Positions 49,479 to 62,600 of a stretch of DNA of 64,000 nucleotides are shown one piece after another. Source of the stretch: Phoronis australis (Eukaryota; Animalia; Phoronida). The notes under the pieces are model-generated. The model was not told the origin of the DNA. It ran no database searches and saw nothing but the letters and a program-made list of their open reading frames with translations. Numbering within the stretch: position 1 is the first letter of the stretch; the number at the start of each line of letters is the position of its first letter. Both the position numbers and the translations under genes were made by a program. Location: assembly GCA_002633005.1 (NCBI GenBank), contig NMRA01000575.1:153325-217324 (forward strand). The letters run 5' to 3'.

Positions 49479-50971
49479 AGAGAATGCCACCCAAAAAACA
49501 ACCTATTCTGTCTCAATTTAGATCCAGTAGTTCTATTCCATAACGACACGTTCGGTTGCGTTACCTGACACCTGACGGCAGACGGTGGTGTTGAAATTAT
49601 CCAATGACGTAATTGGTTTCACACGCAGTTCACAACACGAATTACTGGTGTCAGCTTATCGCTTGAATTCATCATTTAACACCAATAAATCGTCAAACTT
49701 CGATGTAAAACCTTTAAAAATACACCGAGCTCTTATAAAAACGTGTTGTTTTATTTCGCTGTTACGGATTTACTGCTATTTGGATACACCGTAACCCACG
49801 AAGTTCGGCAGGCCAATTTAGCAAGGTCCGTAGCACTGAGGAGTTTAGGGTCTGTTCGGAGATAAAACACAAAACGCTTGTTATCCCGGCCACTGGTTCG
49901 GAACCCGATCAGGTCCGTCGCAGCTTCCGTGACTGGCACGAACATTAACCAGCTTGAATTGGAAACTAAGCCTCCAATCACGAAAAGTCTATAACAGTGA
50001 GCCCGCAATTAATTATGTGAATTAGCCACGAAACTGAAAATCTACTTACTTGTCGGGGGCCGCGATGTCGGGTTCCCCTTCCACAGACTGTCAGGACAAA
50101 GGTTGTAAAGTAACAATGATTTGAATAATGTATTTGTATTTCTATGATTCCCATAACATATGACCATACCATATAAAATCGAGTAATTGTTTCATAACAG
50201 CTTTCTGTCAGTATACACTGAATTAGCATGCGCTCACACGGCTTCTGTGTCAGGTCAGTTGCCTTTGTTGCCGGCATCAAAAGCCGGTAATGCAGTGGTT
50301 TATTCATTGCTGGCTTCTCAAAACATTTGAACTCACAAGCACTCCAAGGCATTACAAATTGTATCTAATGAGACTGACTTTGTTTCAGTTTCATATACGC
50401 ATTGGTTAGGATGAGAATAATTCATTTTGAAACAGAACGCAGAATAACAAACGTCTACTGAATAAACGGCAACTCGCCAAGCGCCAATCCCGACTTAGTC
50501 AAGAGCTCAGGCGACGAAGACTTCACGTGTCGGATCGTTAGGTTTCACAGGCTATCGGTTCGAACCGGAATACACACGCCTTGAGCATGAACAGACAACG
50601 GAACGTATGGATAGTTCTTTGGTAAGCCAGAATTCTTCAGAGAAATCACTGTTGACGAAATGCCAGCGACAGACACGAAGATGTTTCGTGGCCTCATACT
50701 TGCTATTAACAGCGTACCTTTCATTCTTCAGTGCCGTAAGCCATTTTCTAAGCCTTTTGGGCTCACGAGGAAGTCGTAAAAACGATATACTGGCTTTCTT
50801 AGTAGCTTCATAGTTCGGAAAAGCGGGAACGATGCACCGCAATATAGCGGCACTCACTCTACAGACGAACCACTGACGTCGCTGCCTCGTTTCTCACCGT
50901 ATAAGATGCGATGTGGATATAGACCGATTAAGACGGTAAAAAAGACTAATTAAATCGAGTGGCATTCTCCT
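49479..50971 (-). mobile_element. Kolobok-family non-autonomous copy 2 with THAP remnant
   Basis: TTAA on both sides; TIR (ag)gagaatgccac; THAP CIVP...SFLRLPREPKRLRKWLTALK...LRVCRWHF (50552-50857). Confidence 0.85.
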
Positions 50972-51358
50972 TTAATTTCAAATGTAGTCTGATTTTGCCT
51001 GTCCCCAGCCTTGAATTCGCACTGATTGACATACATGTCAAAAGCTCATTTGTATATTTTGATATTAGTTTTTATTCAAAGTTTTTTTTTTTGTTTTCTT
51101 TTAATTCTAAAGGTTTGGACTGCAATATCACAGTTTGTTTCATGGACGGGTCAACATCAAAGTCCTGAATATGGATAAAATAGAATATTGTCATGCCACA
51201 CGCAGTACTTCTGCTCCATTTGTTGAGTGTTTTTTACCTGTACCATGTTCATGATAGCTTGTATTTCTTTCTTGTTTTAACGTAGAAAATGTATCTGAAA
51301 CTAAATAAGGCGATCCAGATCCTCCCAAGGATGCTATTGTTTCATGAAATGAAGAATA

Positions 51359-51512
51359 TAAATCGGTAAATAAAACAACAAGAATGGATCAACTGAAATT
51401 TGAAATTTTCGGATGTAATAACTTCCTTTGTTTTTGTTGACAAATGAAGTTATTACATCCGAAAATTTCAAATTTCAGTTGATCCATTCTTGTTGTTTTA
51501 TTTACCGATTTA
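51359..51512. repeat. Near-perfect 73-bp-arm inverted repeat
   Basis: 51359-51431 is the reverse complement of 51440-51512 with one mismatch and an 8-nt loop. Confidence 0.95.
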
Positions 51513-51777
51513 CATGTTTTTCTAATGTAATGTTTGACCCACAAAACATAACTCCAAACACCGAGTTCATTCAATTATGTGAAATAGTTGGCGACATATC
51601 GCGAAATAACGCAAAATCGGTAATGGCGGCACTGATTTGCAAAAAAAAACATACGAGGGACATTTTTCAGCTTGTTAACATCATTTTTCTGTTTTCACAC
51701 ATATTTTCCTTCATAAAAATTCAACTTAGAAGCTGAAGTCCGGGGGGAGCACGGAGGGCCATTTCTAGACTAGACTA

Positions 51778-52012
51778 TAAACACCCAAGGTGTTACCCGA
51801 TAGATTAGTCTAAGTGAAGACCACTGATGAAGTGTAAACTGAAGTAAACACCCAAGGTGTAACCAGATTGACAGGTCCGAAAGACCGGACCGAGCCGTAT
51901 GAAGTGTGAACTGAAGTAGGCACCCAAGGTGCTACCAGATCGAGTAGTAAGTGTACAGGGACCACTGCATGGACGTAGTTAACTTAAGTAAACAACCATT
52001 GTGTAACCAGAC
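51778..52012. repeat. Four-unit ~70-bp tandem array with conserved hairpin core
   Basis: Core taaacacccaaggtgt at 51778, 51845, 51917, 51989 (periods 67, 72, 72). Confidence 0.85.
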
Positions 52013-52165
52013 AAAGTCGTAACTGAAAGTAGTAACGTATAATATGAATAATGAAAGACGGGGAAGTGAATGCATCCATGGAGGCCGAGGAACGGGGCAC
52101 TAAGATAATTACAGGTATACTGAAATTACACAAAGAATTAAATGGGTGAATGTGGAAAGGGGCAA

Positions 52166-52771
52166 TTACGAGAAGAGACCCAGGCTGCGGAAGTGATGGC
52201 CGAAAGCGAAGTGGACGCTGAGGGCTTGCTGGGTTTCAGCCTGAAGAGTTAAATTGGATGAAATCAGGGCGGTAAAGGTGTAAAGGGTCTTTCCAGAACG
52301 CGCCCCTATGGATCCAAAAAAGGCTGTGGGGTGGTCGGTGAGGAGGCATTTAAGATGCAAGTTAAGGGATTGGCATCTAGCATTAAATGTGCCGTCATCG
52401 TGGAAACGGAGGAATATCACTTTAATGATGACCGACTGAACAGAAGGGTGAGACTGGAGGATAGACTCGGAAAACAAAATGAGGTCGTGGGCCAGGGGCA
52501 AAGGGTTAAATTGGGGATTATATAGATCGTTTCCGGCGATCTGTAGGAACACTAAATCGGCCGAGAATTCGGCATCGGCAGGGGTTAAATGGCGAACAGA
52601 ACGAGGGCCAGGAGCTAGTGTGGCCCGGACAACCCTAAGAAGTTGACGGATAAAGAGGACTCGTGGAAGCCCATATTGGTCAGGCCCTGGTCGGTCGCCG
52701 CAAGCGAATTATGATAGGCGTCCAGCCAACGCACGTAAGAACTGCCCAAAATCAAACAACTAGGTGGCATG
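52166..52771 (-). pseudogene. SGNH/GDSL hydrolase-like ORF (Ngaro-type), frameshifted
   Basis: MPPSCLILGSSYVRWL (block I) ... VFLQIAGNDL (block III) ... FNARCQSLNLHLK; preceded by sequence homologous to the Ngaro terminal region. Confidence 0.75.
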
Positions 52772-53589
52772 TTTAGTCCACAAACAATCAGAAAACAAGG
52801 TCCGATACCTTACTGAGGTGAAGAGACGGAGAGAAATTGACTGAAAACTCGAAACTTGCAGAGAATTATGGACGGTGGCCCAGTGTTGTGACAAGACAGA
52901 AGGATCACAATTAAACCAATAATCGTAGACCAAGGAGGGTCACTGACTCGAGAATCCAAACAATATGATAATGAAGACGAAGCAGGCCTATAGCTTGCAT
53001 TAAATAATTTAATACTTAAATACTTAAATATTATTTGGACATGCTTTACAGCCTGATGAGAATTAGACGTAAACCCAAATGTGATGGCAAACGTAACGTG
53101 CCGAGATAGAACAAAGCGTGTTCTGAAATCTTTCCGAGTGCAATGCATGGCATTTTACCATATCGATGGCGCTTACGCAGGTGTTAAGTTAGCGTGTTCA
53201 GCGACTTCCGGAGTGACGGATAAATTGAACTGCCATAAATTGTACTGGTATAATGCACCCGACTTATGGAAATTTTTGTTTCTTCCAATGTTTGGTTAGT
53301 GTTTGAGTATGATAGGCCTAAATACACTCATATACTGAATATTCAAACTTTTTTGAGAACAATGTAAGCATTGATTTAAAGTTTAAAACGTTAAAACTTG
53401 TTATAATTGTTGTATTATATATTCGTGGAATCTATGACATTGTTACTGATATATGAGCATTGCTTGCAGAAGGCGTCTTTCTTAGACTAAGGGAATTGAA
53501 TTTTCAAGGTTTGTTACTATTTTGAAGGAGTGTCCGGGCAAAAAATGTTAAAAAACAGGTAAGATATTGTAAATGCTGCTACATTTTTT

Positions 53590-56500
53590 AAAAAGATATA
53601 TATTTATTGAAGAATACACAGAACATACAAAGAAATAATGACAAACCCAGAAATCGCGACGCATTATATCTGGGTTGTAAACAAATCATAAATGAAAACT
53701 AGTATATATATAGAGGTATATACAATTACATGTAAGTATTATCTAATATAAGTATCCGAATACTTAGATATGCTATTACAAATGTATAAAAACAATATGT
53801 ACAGATTCTTGTATGTAAATCAGATGCAACAATATTGATAAACGGAACATAAAAATTTACTAACCTTGCTTAGGAGGAATTCAGTCGTTGAGAACGAGGT
53901 CAAGGTGATGACTACCATTCAATAATAATGTAACTCTAGTTGGGATATTATTACAAGAATTGAGAGCGTTAATAACTGATTGGTTTTCATTGAGTCCACC
54001 AACGAGTGAGTCTCTCAGGTATTCGATGAGGGGACATTTGAAGAAAATGTGAGGATAAGATTGATGGCCACCACTTGTCAGAGTTGAGGAAAAGACCACA
54101 TCTTGATCTGTACAATGCTATTTTGTTATCGCGGGGAAGGGAGGATTGACGCAAGGGTGTTGATTTATCAAAATTTATTCTAAAAAAGCAATTCTAAAAT
54201 TATTTTTTGTACTCGTAAATGAGTTTCTTTCCTTAACAGAGACTGGAATAGAATTCCAGTTGTTGATGCACGTCATGACTGTAGACCTCCTGAATGCTTT
54301 ACTGAACGACGGAGGAATTGCATTTGGGGTTGAGGATCTCAAATCACTACGATGGCCTTGCCTAGTGCATAGATCAAATATTTTTTGAAAGACACGTCGT
54401 TGACATTGTTTATTACTTTGAAAGTAGATGTGGTCATGTGAAGATTGCATCGAGTAGACAGTTTGGGCCACTTGAGACTATTCAAAACCTTAACACTATT
54501 GAATCCCCTCGTAAGCTCCGGTTATGAGTGAGGCAGCTTAATACTGTAACTTTCCAAATGTTGGAGTGCACCTGTATTGGCAGACTGATATATAATATCA
54601 CAATAATCGATGTGTGTAAGTATAAAGGATATGAACAAAACCTCTAAATGTGTAGAATTCAGATGACGAGAGACAAGCTTAAGCGGGTTAATTAGTTCCT
54701 GGGTTTTTTGTACGATCTCCCGAACGTGAGGGGTGAATGGAAGTTTTTCATCTAACGGTATACCCAGATGTCTGTGCGACTGGTTTCCGGGAATGATTTT
54801 ATCATTAAGTTTAAAGTCATAAGACGGGTAAATAAGGATGTGAGCCTTAATATATTTAGAGAAGGTGAGGTCAACACTTTTTTCTGGTTTAAAATTCACT
54901 CTCCATTCTTTTGACCAATAGCTGAGCTTATTTAAGTCGTGTCGAAGCTGCAAAAATATTCAGGGCTGCTCCCTGCGAAGGGGTAAAAAAGCGCCGTGTC
55001 ATCTGCATAAGGGTATGTGCTACATGATAGGTTAGTGGAAGGTCGTTAATATAAACCAAGAAGAGAAGAGGGTCCAATACACTACCCTGTGGTACATCTG
55101 CGTTTACAAATCCAGGAGGGGATTAAGTTGAAAGTACACCGTCGACACGAACACTGTATGTTCTTTCAGAGAGATATGAGGTGATCATGTTTAAAATATT
55201 ACCAGTAATGCCATAGGATCGAAGTTTGTGAAGTAGAAGGTCGTGAGGGACACATTCGAAAGCAGAAGCTATATCTAGAAAACTGAACCGGACACTCTCG
55301 CCCTTCTCAAAATGTAAATGAATTGCATGTAGTATTTCAACAAGTTGTGCCACGGTGCTGTTCCCACGCAAAAAAAAAACAAATTGACGATGATAGACCA
55401 GCTTGTTTTGTTTGAGAAATGTAAGAATACTTTGAGCAATGATCTTCTCGAAGATTTTGGACAGGGTGTTAAGTAAAGTCATTGGGTGATAATTCTTACT
55501 TCCGAACATCAGTTTGATTAGCCGGGATGTCACACAGTTGATTGATACAACGTCCACGAAGGAAGGGAAAGTTACCTACTTCAGTTGATGTAATGTGGCT
55601 TTTGTTCGTGAAAATTTTGAGAAACAGGTCACACTTGTGACTACTACGTGAGGCTAGGTTACCATTATAGTTGATGACAGGATAAGAGGATTGTTGTTGA
55701 CTGCCGCGCATTTTATTGATGATGTTACAGTATTCTTTGGAGTTCTTGCTTGCGCTGTTAATTTGTTGAAAAAGCTTGTGGCGATGATCATCTTTGGCTT
55801 GATTTACTAAATTTTCAACTAGACGGGACTTCTCCTTGTATCTGTTGTAGATTGTAGTGTTATTAGATCTTCTGAAAGAGCTCTAAAGTCTGTTTCTTGT
55901 GCGGAATGCCCGTTTAACATTATTGTTGAACCACGGTTGGCTGTTGTGTCTAACTATCTTTTCAGTTGATGGGTTGTTGTTTTCATAGAGAGTACTAGTA
56001 AGAGTGAAACAGTATCATCAATGTCGTTCGTGTCCAATATGGAATCCCAATCAGCGTAGGTGATATCCTGACGTAATTTATCGGTGTCGAATTGGTTCGT
56101 TACGTGTGTTGTTCTTTAACCGGTGTTTTAGGTGTTAGAATGTTTTCAATTGTGTGGTGATCAGAATTGCCAACAGGATGTAGTGCAGAGCATGAGTCAA
56201 TGATACTCAAACTGTTTGTTATGCAGAGATGAATACATGAATGAGAAACTTCGGTGATGCGGATTGGCTCATTAATTAGCTGTATGGTGTCATTAGACAA
56301 TAAGATATCAAACAATTGTAGTCCGGCCGTATTGTCCAGTTCATCATTGCACCATGTAGTTTCGGGCATTGAAATCACCATTGATGATTATACTAACGAT
56401 ATTGCGGTTAACATCGGCTAGGGCTTTGAAGTAGAGTTTTTTCAGTTGGAGATTGCGAAGGTGATCGATAAAACAACCCACAGCAAATTTGTCTGTGATC

Positions 56501-59345
56501 GAAATCAATTTCGATACAGCAATTGCATAACTGAGGACAAGTTAAGCTAGGACACAATTTAAATGAGAGCGTGTTTTTGGTGAATAAGATGATGCCACGG
56601 CCACTATTATTGTGATAGGCCACACTGTAACCAGGAATGATTAGTTCATTATCAAGGTCGTCTTTGGTAACAATACAAGTTCCACAAAGAGCGACAATCA
56701 TATAATCGTAAGACAGAACAAAGTTTTTTAGAAATTAGAATCTGGAGAAATTGTTGGATTTAATGCTGTGAATATTTGAAAATAAGACTTTAACCGTAGT
56801 ATTGTCTTCAGGCCCAGGATTTTCTTCAACATCGCTAGCTAAAAAGAGGCACATGCCAATGACGATTCCGTAATTCATACAGGAGTTATGTAAACAATGG
56901 TAAGACACATCATTCAGTAAGCTGAACCCGCATAGCGTGATATCTCATTTGATGCCCGTGAGAAGAATTGAACTGTGACCATGCGGGGGTAAGACCAGAA
57001 AAAATCACACTACTCGAGGCACTCAAAGGATAGCCGTATTTAACAATTAATACACCAATGCTTATTGAAAATTCAAGGGTTGTTAAATGAATGAGGTAGA
57101 CTGGACAATTAGGGGAGTAATTTTTAAACAACATAACTATATCATAGGCTCGCTTACAGGTAAATAAATAGCAACTTAGTTGAAAAGCGCAACACATAAA
57201 ATACAATCTTAGGAAACCAGTTAGTTCTGTTGCAAGTGAATACAAAACACATAGTTATTTGAGGACGTAATAAGGAAAGTCAGGTGATAATGATTGACCT
57301 AAAGATATGTTACAGATGAAATATGACCAAATGGTAACGGACAAAAGAAGGTGAAAAATAAGAGTTTGAACACTCTCCTTCGCTGAAAAAAAAAACAAAA
57401 AAGATGTATTGAAGAGCTCTCACTATTGATAACTTAGCTATAACACGTTTTAGAATTGATAAAAGGCTATGTAAATGCTAACCACTATAGGCCACCGAGT
57501 AATGACTGATCAGCTCATGTGTTCGGTGTTGTCTTCTGAATTGAAGTTAACTTCCTCACAGATTGAAACACCAGTTTTCACAGGGATTGTTTCAACTTGA
57601 AATTCATTATAAACTAAATTATGGTAACAGACAGTGCTCAACGTGATTTTTTCACTGGCAAGCTAAAGCAGTAATAACTAATTAATGATATGGGGAATCA
57701 TTATGAAACCCACAACAAAAATCGTATGTAGTTGTAGATTCTGCACCTGACTGACAGAGAACAGAACAAGTGCCTAGAAATTAAAATCAATATTATAGTA
57801 AGAGAGAGGTGTCAATAACATGACCGAACAGAAACACCACACAAAATCAGTGACGTGTAAATTTATCCTGACAGACAATTTGGTTTGGAGTTGTCAAAAA
57901 AATCAACGTTCTGAGAAACCCAACATTCAGAAAAAATAATAATTATATAAGTGACAGCCACTAAGGCCTGAGCTCACATATAAGAATCATTGTCTTATGT
58001 GAATATCATGCAATGTACAATTCCGTCACACATTAAAATTAAAATGTGGGAAACATGTTTTTACGACAACCAAAAATACCACATTAATACATTCTTTCGG
58101 CAGTTGTAAAGATACTTTATTCCATTTTTGGTAAGGGTGCAACTGAGAAACTGTAAGAGACAACAAGCAACAAAAATCATGCTCCAAACATCAATGATTT
58201 AGATGCAGATTAAGAATTCGATGCATTACCATTATCTGTGGTCAGTTTAAGGCAATGTGATCGGTACGGACCTGTATAAAGTGCTCCACCAATGACAGAG
58301 AGGTAACTTGAGAGTGATCTAGTATTACATAAGGGAGAAAACTGAATAAGTATCAGTGGACAGGAGGGGTGGGGTGAGTGAACACAAACAAAGTGAGGGA
58401 TATCACCAGTGAGTAATTGCCTATGAACAATATGACGAGATAGCAGAATACAATTTAAAATTCGCAGTTTTTTAACACTAGAAGGTCACTTTCTGAGGAA
58501 ACCTGCTTTATCCTGTTATCATGTAGCTGTATTGTTACGTTACCGTCATGCGTCCACGTTTTAGCGATGGTCTTAGATTGTCCGAGACGGCGACAGCGGG
58601 CGTAGAGAAGGGACCGTTGTTTCGTGAGATTATTATTGATATAGATCGGGGATGGTAAGTTCAGTTTGCGGAGTTGACTTCTGTTGTGAAGGAAAGCAGC
58701 TCTGGTGTTGTATGACACAAACTTACAGATGATAGGGCGATCTTTTCGCGAATCTCTAGCTCCGTGTTTACGTAGTTTGGGCCCGAGTCTGTGGGATCTG
58801 CTGATTTGTTGGGGGTTAATTTCAAGGCCTAGTTTGCGTCCCAAGTCAATCACAATGTTGTCAGTGGCTACATGTGCAGGTTTTTCATTTACCGGTTCAT
58901 CGACTCCATATATAGCTATTATGGCGTCTCGAGTATTGCTCTAGGTTGTTGACTTGCTCATTCAGCAGCTGTATTTCTTTGTTTTTCTGTTTAATGATGG
59001 ACTCGTAGTAGGCCTTTATATCATCCAGGGCAGGCTGTAATAGTTGATCACGGAGTGTTTTAATAACTTGGGGCGCAGTCAGCACTTTTTGGAACTTTGC
59101 AATGTCCTCATTTGTGTCCGATTCACATAGGGGCGGGTCCAGCTGACGGAAGTCAAGGGTTGTTTGAGTAAATTGTTTTGCTCTGTCGTTTAAGGATGCG
59201 CTATCTTTGCTTGCATAGCTCTTTCTCGGTTCGTCAGCACTCATGGTGGGTGAGGTATAAGATAACCTAAGACTTAAATATAGAAATTTAATTGAGAAAT
59301 CATCTGCACAATTTCAAACGCACATCTGGCGGGAAACAGGTCACG
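53590..59345 (-). mobile_element. Near full-length CR1/L2-group LINE (ORF1, 2A-APE-RT ORF2), degraded
   Basis: ORF1 59244-58455 (LEQYSRR, RSHRLG, RPIICKFV, IYINNNLT, TWTHDG); ORF2 from ~56880 with DVEENPGP, APE (LFYRSPS, SDH), RT, HLGI.LD; aataaa plus (AT) tail at ~53600. Confidence 0.92.
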
Positions 59346-59663
59346 TGATGCTCCTTTATCTACTGAACATCTTCTCACATCTTCTCGTGGACGCTAGCAA
59401 ACTAGTCTTGTTATAAGTGTGACAACTGTTACGTTTAACTAATAAAAATGAAGTATCTAGCGACTCGAAAACTTTGGATAACAAAGTTCCGGTCTCGAAA
59501 AAGTCATGGCAATAAGCGGCCTGACCAAAATCATTCACCAATACAAACTGTAACTTCATTCTATTCCATGGCAAGAAATATTATCGTTTCCTGATTTACT
59601 TGGTACGATACGTTGCCCGAAGCCGGCAACATAAACATTTCATGCCTGTTCTATACATTTCAG

Positions 59664-62600
59664 GTTTAATTTTCTGTCAGCCTTTGAACAGTCACGCAAC
59701 GGGACAATGCCGTGACGTCTTTGGTGATCATGACCAGAATCAGCCGTGAGTGTTATTTGCTTCCAGCACAAAGTGCGAATTATATAAACACTAAGCTTGA
59801 GAAAAAAAAAACTGTTGCGTTTAGAACCAAATCTGCATGTTCAAAATAGGCCTCATGCCCTTTCAACACGGTATCACCGATCTTGACGCAAAACTTCTTT
59901 TTCAACGTCTTTAGATCAAACATGCATGATGCTTTCGTGTAATCTTTTTCTGCCCGAAAGTCCGGTCTCAGTACAAGTCAGTTGAAGTTTCATGCATGAC
60001 CGCAATGCCTTGTTCTGTGAACGTGAAATAGTAATTTCACTTATTTATGGCGAATGTCTCTGTTTTAGGTACATATGCCCGAAGGAAGAGTGTTCCGCAC
60101 ATATCGTGTGGGGGACTGGGTCGTACACTTATGTAAGTGCCGATGTGTAGAAAGCAACTGTTTAATCAGCCTATCATTCTTTGTGAAAGTAATAATAATA
60201 GTAGTAGTCGTACAAGTACAAGAAGTACTGTTAGAAGCCGCAGCATCAGCAGCAGCAGCAGCCGCAGCAGCAGCAGCAGCAGCAGTAGTGGTTATAGTAA
60301 TAGAAAGATCGAACTCTTAAAAGAAACCAAATGACTAGAAGGAGTATGTATTCTTATGTAATTATGTTGCACGAATGTTTGTTTTTAGGCATCGATATGT
60401 ACGTGTATGCACGTGTAGGTGTTAATATTCGCTGTGCAGTTTTGATCATAAGTCTCGTGAACATCATTACATGTACGGCGGACACACGATATGGCCTCAT
60501 TCCCGACAGTTGACCAGCCATTTGCAGGGTCAGTCCATTCAGGAACGTATTTTAAATCAACATGGGCCGAAAATCACTACTAAAGAAACAGCAGATAATA
60601 CTACTACTGGTTATGTAAAAATTACCGGTTTTAGCGGAATATTTCGGTGTTTCTTTTCTTCAGTTATGAAAACACTGAACTGAATGAGAGCTCACAAGAG
60701 TTTACCTACATGTACAATGGCTCAGTTCCTCTAGCTGTTTTTTGGACTCCCACCGTATTGTATTTTCACTGTCTGTACGCTTGTCTAGCTGCTGCCACTG
60801 TTGATTTTACCACGTTCATTTTACTATGAGACATTGATGACACTTGTGCTTACGAAATGTAACTGCTATTTTGATATATTTGTTCGTGATTTCTATTGGT
60901 TATTGACTTCACAACTGATCGAAAACCACGCAGAGAATACGACCGAGTGTCTATAAAGCTATTCCAACGGAAAATGCAGTCGTGCTTTTTAATCTAGACT
61001 AAACATCTTCATGTACATGTATATGAACGTAATATGTTAGTATTGCAGTACAAGTCTAAGGAACCCAGTTTTCTGTCTGCTTCAATACATTTAAAGAACT
61101 TCATGAAAATGATACTAAAGGAGAATGCCACTCGATTTTTTTTTACCGTCTTAATAGGTCTATAAACACATCATGTTCGATCTTACCTCGCCGAGAGGTC
61201 TCGTGTTAACCTGTGAGGAAGGTGAGAAACGACGCAGCGACGTCTGTGGTTCTTTTGCGGAGTGAATGTCGCTACGATGTGGTGTACCGTTCCAGCTTGT
61301 GCGAACTATTAAGCTGCGAGGAATGCTGGTATATCGTTATTTTCGATTTCCTTGGGAGCCCTTAATGCTTCGGAAGTCGCTCGCAGCAGAAAGTAGATTT
61401 GTAGTTTCGCTTCTAATTCACCAAAATAATCACGTGCACAATATTTTTTGGCTCACTAGTATAGTCAGTTCGTGACTGGAAGTTTAGTTTCCAATTCTGG
61501 CTGCGACAGGCCTGCTCGGATTCCTAGCCACTGGACGGGATAACAATCGTTTTGTGTCTTTAGAAATAAAAAAATTGCAAGTCTAAAATTACAACACACA
61601 GCTATTTTCTCCTGTCTGTATTTCATGGAAGAAGAATTCGAATTTATCACCGACCAGACCCCAAACTCCTGCGACCGACCTTATTTGGTAAATTGGTCTA
61701 TCGAACGGTACGTTCAAATACCTATAATTCCGTAACAGCGAAATAATACAACAGGTTTGTTCAAGAACTTGATGTATTTGTAAGGGTTTTAAATCGACTT
61801 TTGATGATTTATTGGTGTTAAACGATGAATACAAGCGATAAACTTGACACCAGTAAACACGTTGTTAATAGACTGCGTTCGAACCTATGACATCATCGAT
61901 TAATTTCAACTCCTCCATTTATCGTCAGGTGTCCGGTAAAAGATCTTTACTTGCTGTTATCGTGTGGAACTACTCGATCTAAATGGATACAAAATAGCGG
62001 CATTCTCCCTTAACGCAAAATAGTTTTAGTCGAGTTCAGCCCAAATAATCAGGGTGTTCCATCGAAACAGGAATTCCAGTGTAAAACAGATTTCCTGCAG
62101 TCAAAAGGAGACTCCCGTACCTTCAAAACAGCTAACCAGCCCGAAAAACACGAACCCTGTCCTTTAAAACAGGACAGGACACCCAGGGACCGAGACACAA
62201 CTCCCACACTTTTGTCAAACATTGTTTGATGAAAGCTCTGCGGAAACTCCATCCAGTTTTTAATGATAAAATGAATGATAACATGAGGCTAAAACAAGTA
62301 GTGTTGGAAATTACGAACTGTTTATACGTTATCGTGTACCAAATTGATGAATGTACAGGAAGGAGTACCTTTATAAAGTAGGGCAAATTTATCACACTAG
62401 GGCAAAGATTCCACATAAAGTAACTTTATCAAAAGTCAAGTTTGCAACACTCATTTGAAGGAGCTTTTGAATTAAGCTGTGCTATGGCGATTTGAAGCTA
62501 TTGTTGCTGTGAATGTTCATAAGTTGAACACAGGTTATATAACGTCGAAAATAAATCTGAAACGAGGCGATCCAGATCCTCTAACGAATACAATTGTTTG

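Noticed and set aside
51820-51870. Hammerhead ribozyme (ctgatga, stem with gtaa loop, second hairpin)
   Set aside because: GAAA core is gaag/taaa, stem I does not pair, and ctgatga is not kept in the other units
51778-52012. CRISPR array
   Set aside because: Eukaryotic context, degenerate repeats, mutually related spacers, no cas genes
60075-60334. Poly-Ala / poly-Ser ORFs
   Set aside because: Translation of an intronic microsatellite; the real exon ends at 60132 in another frame
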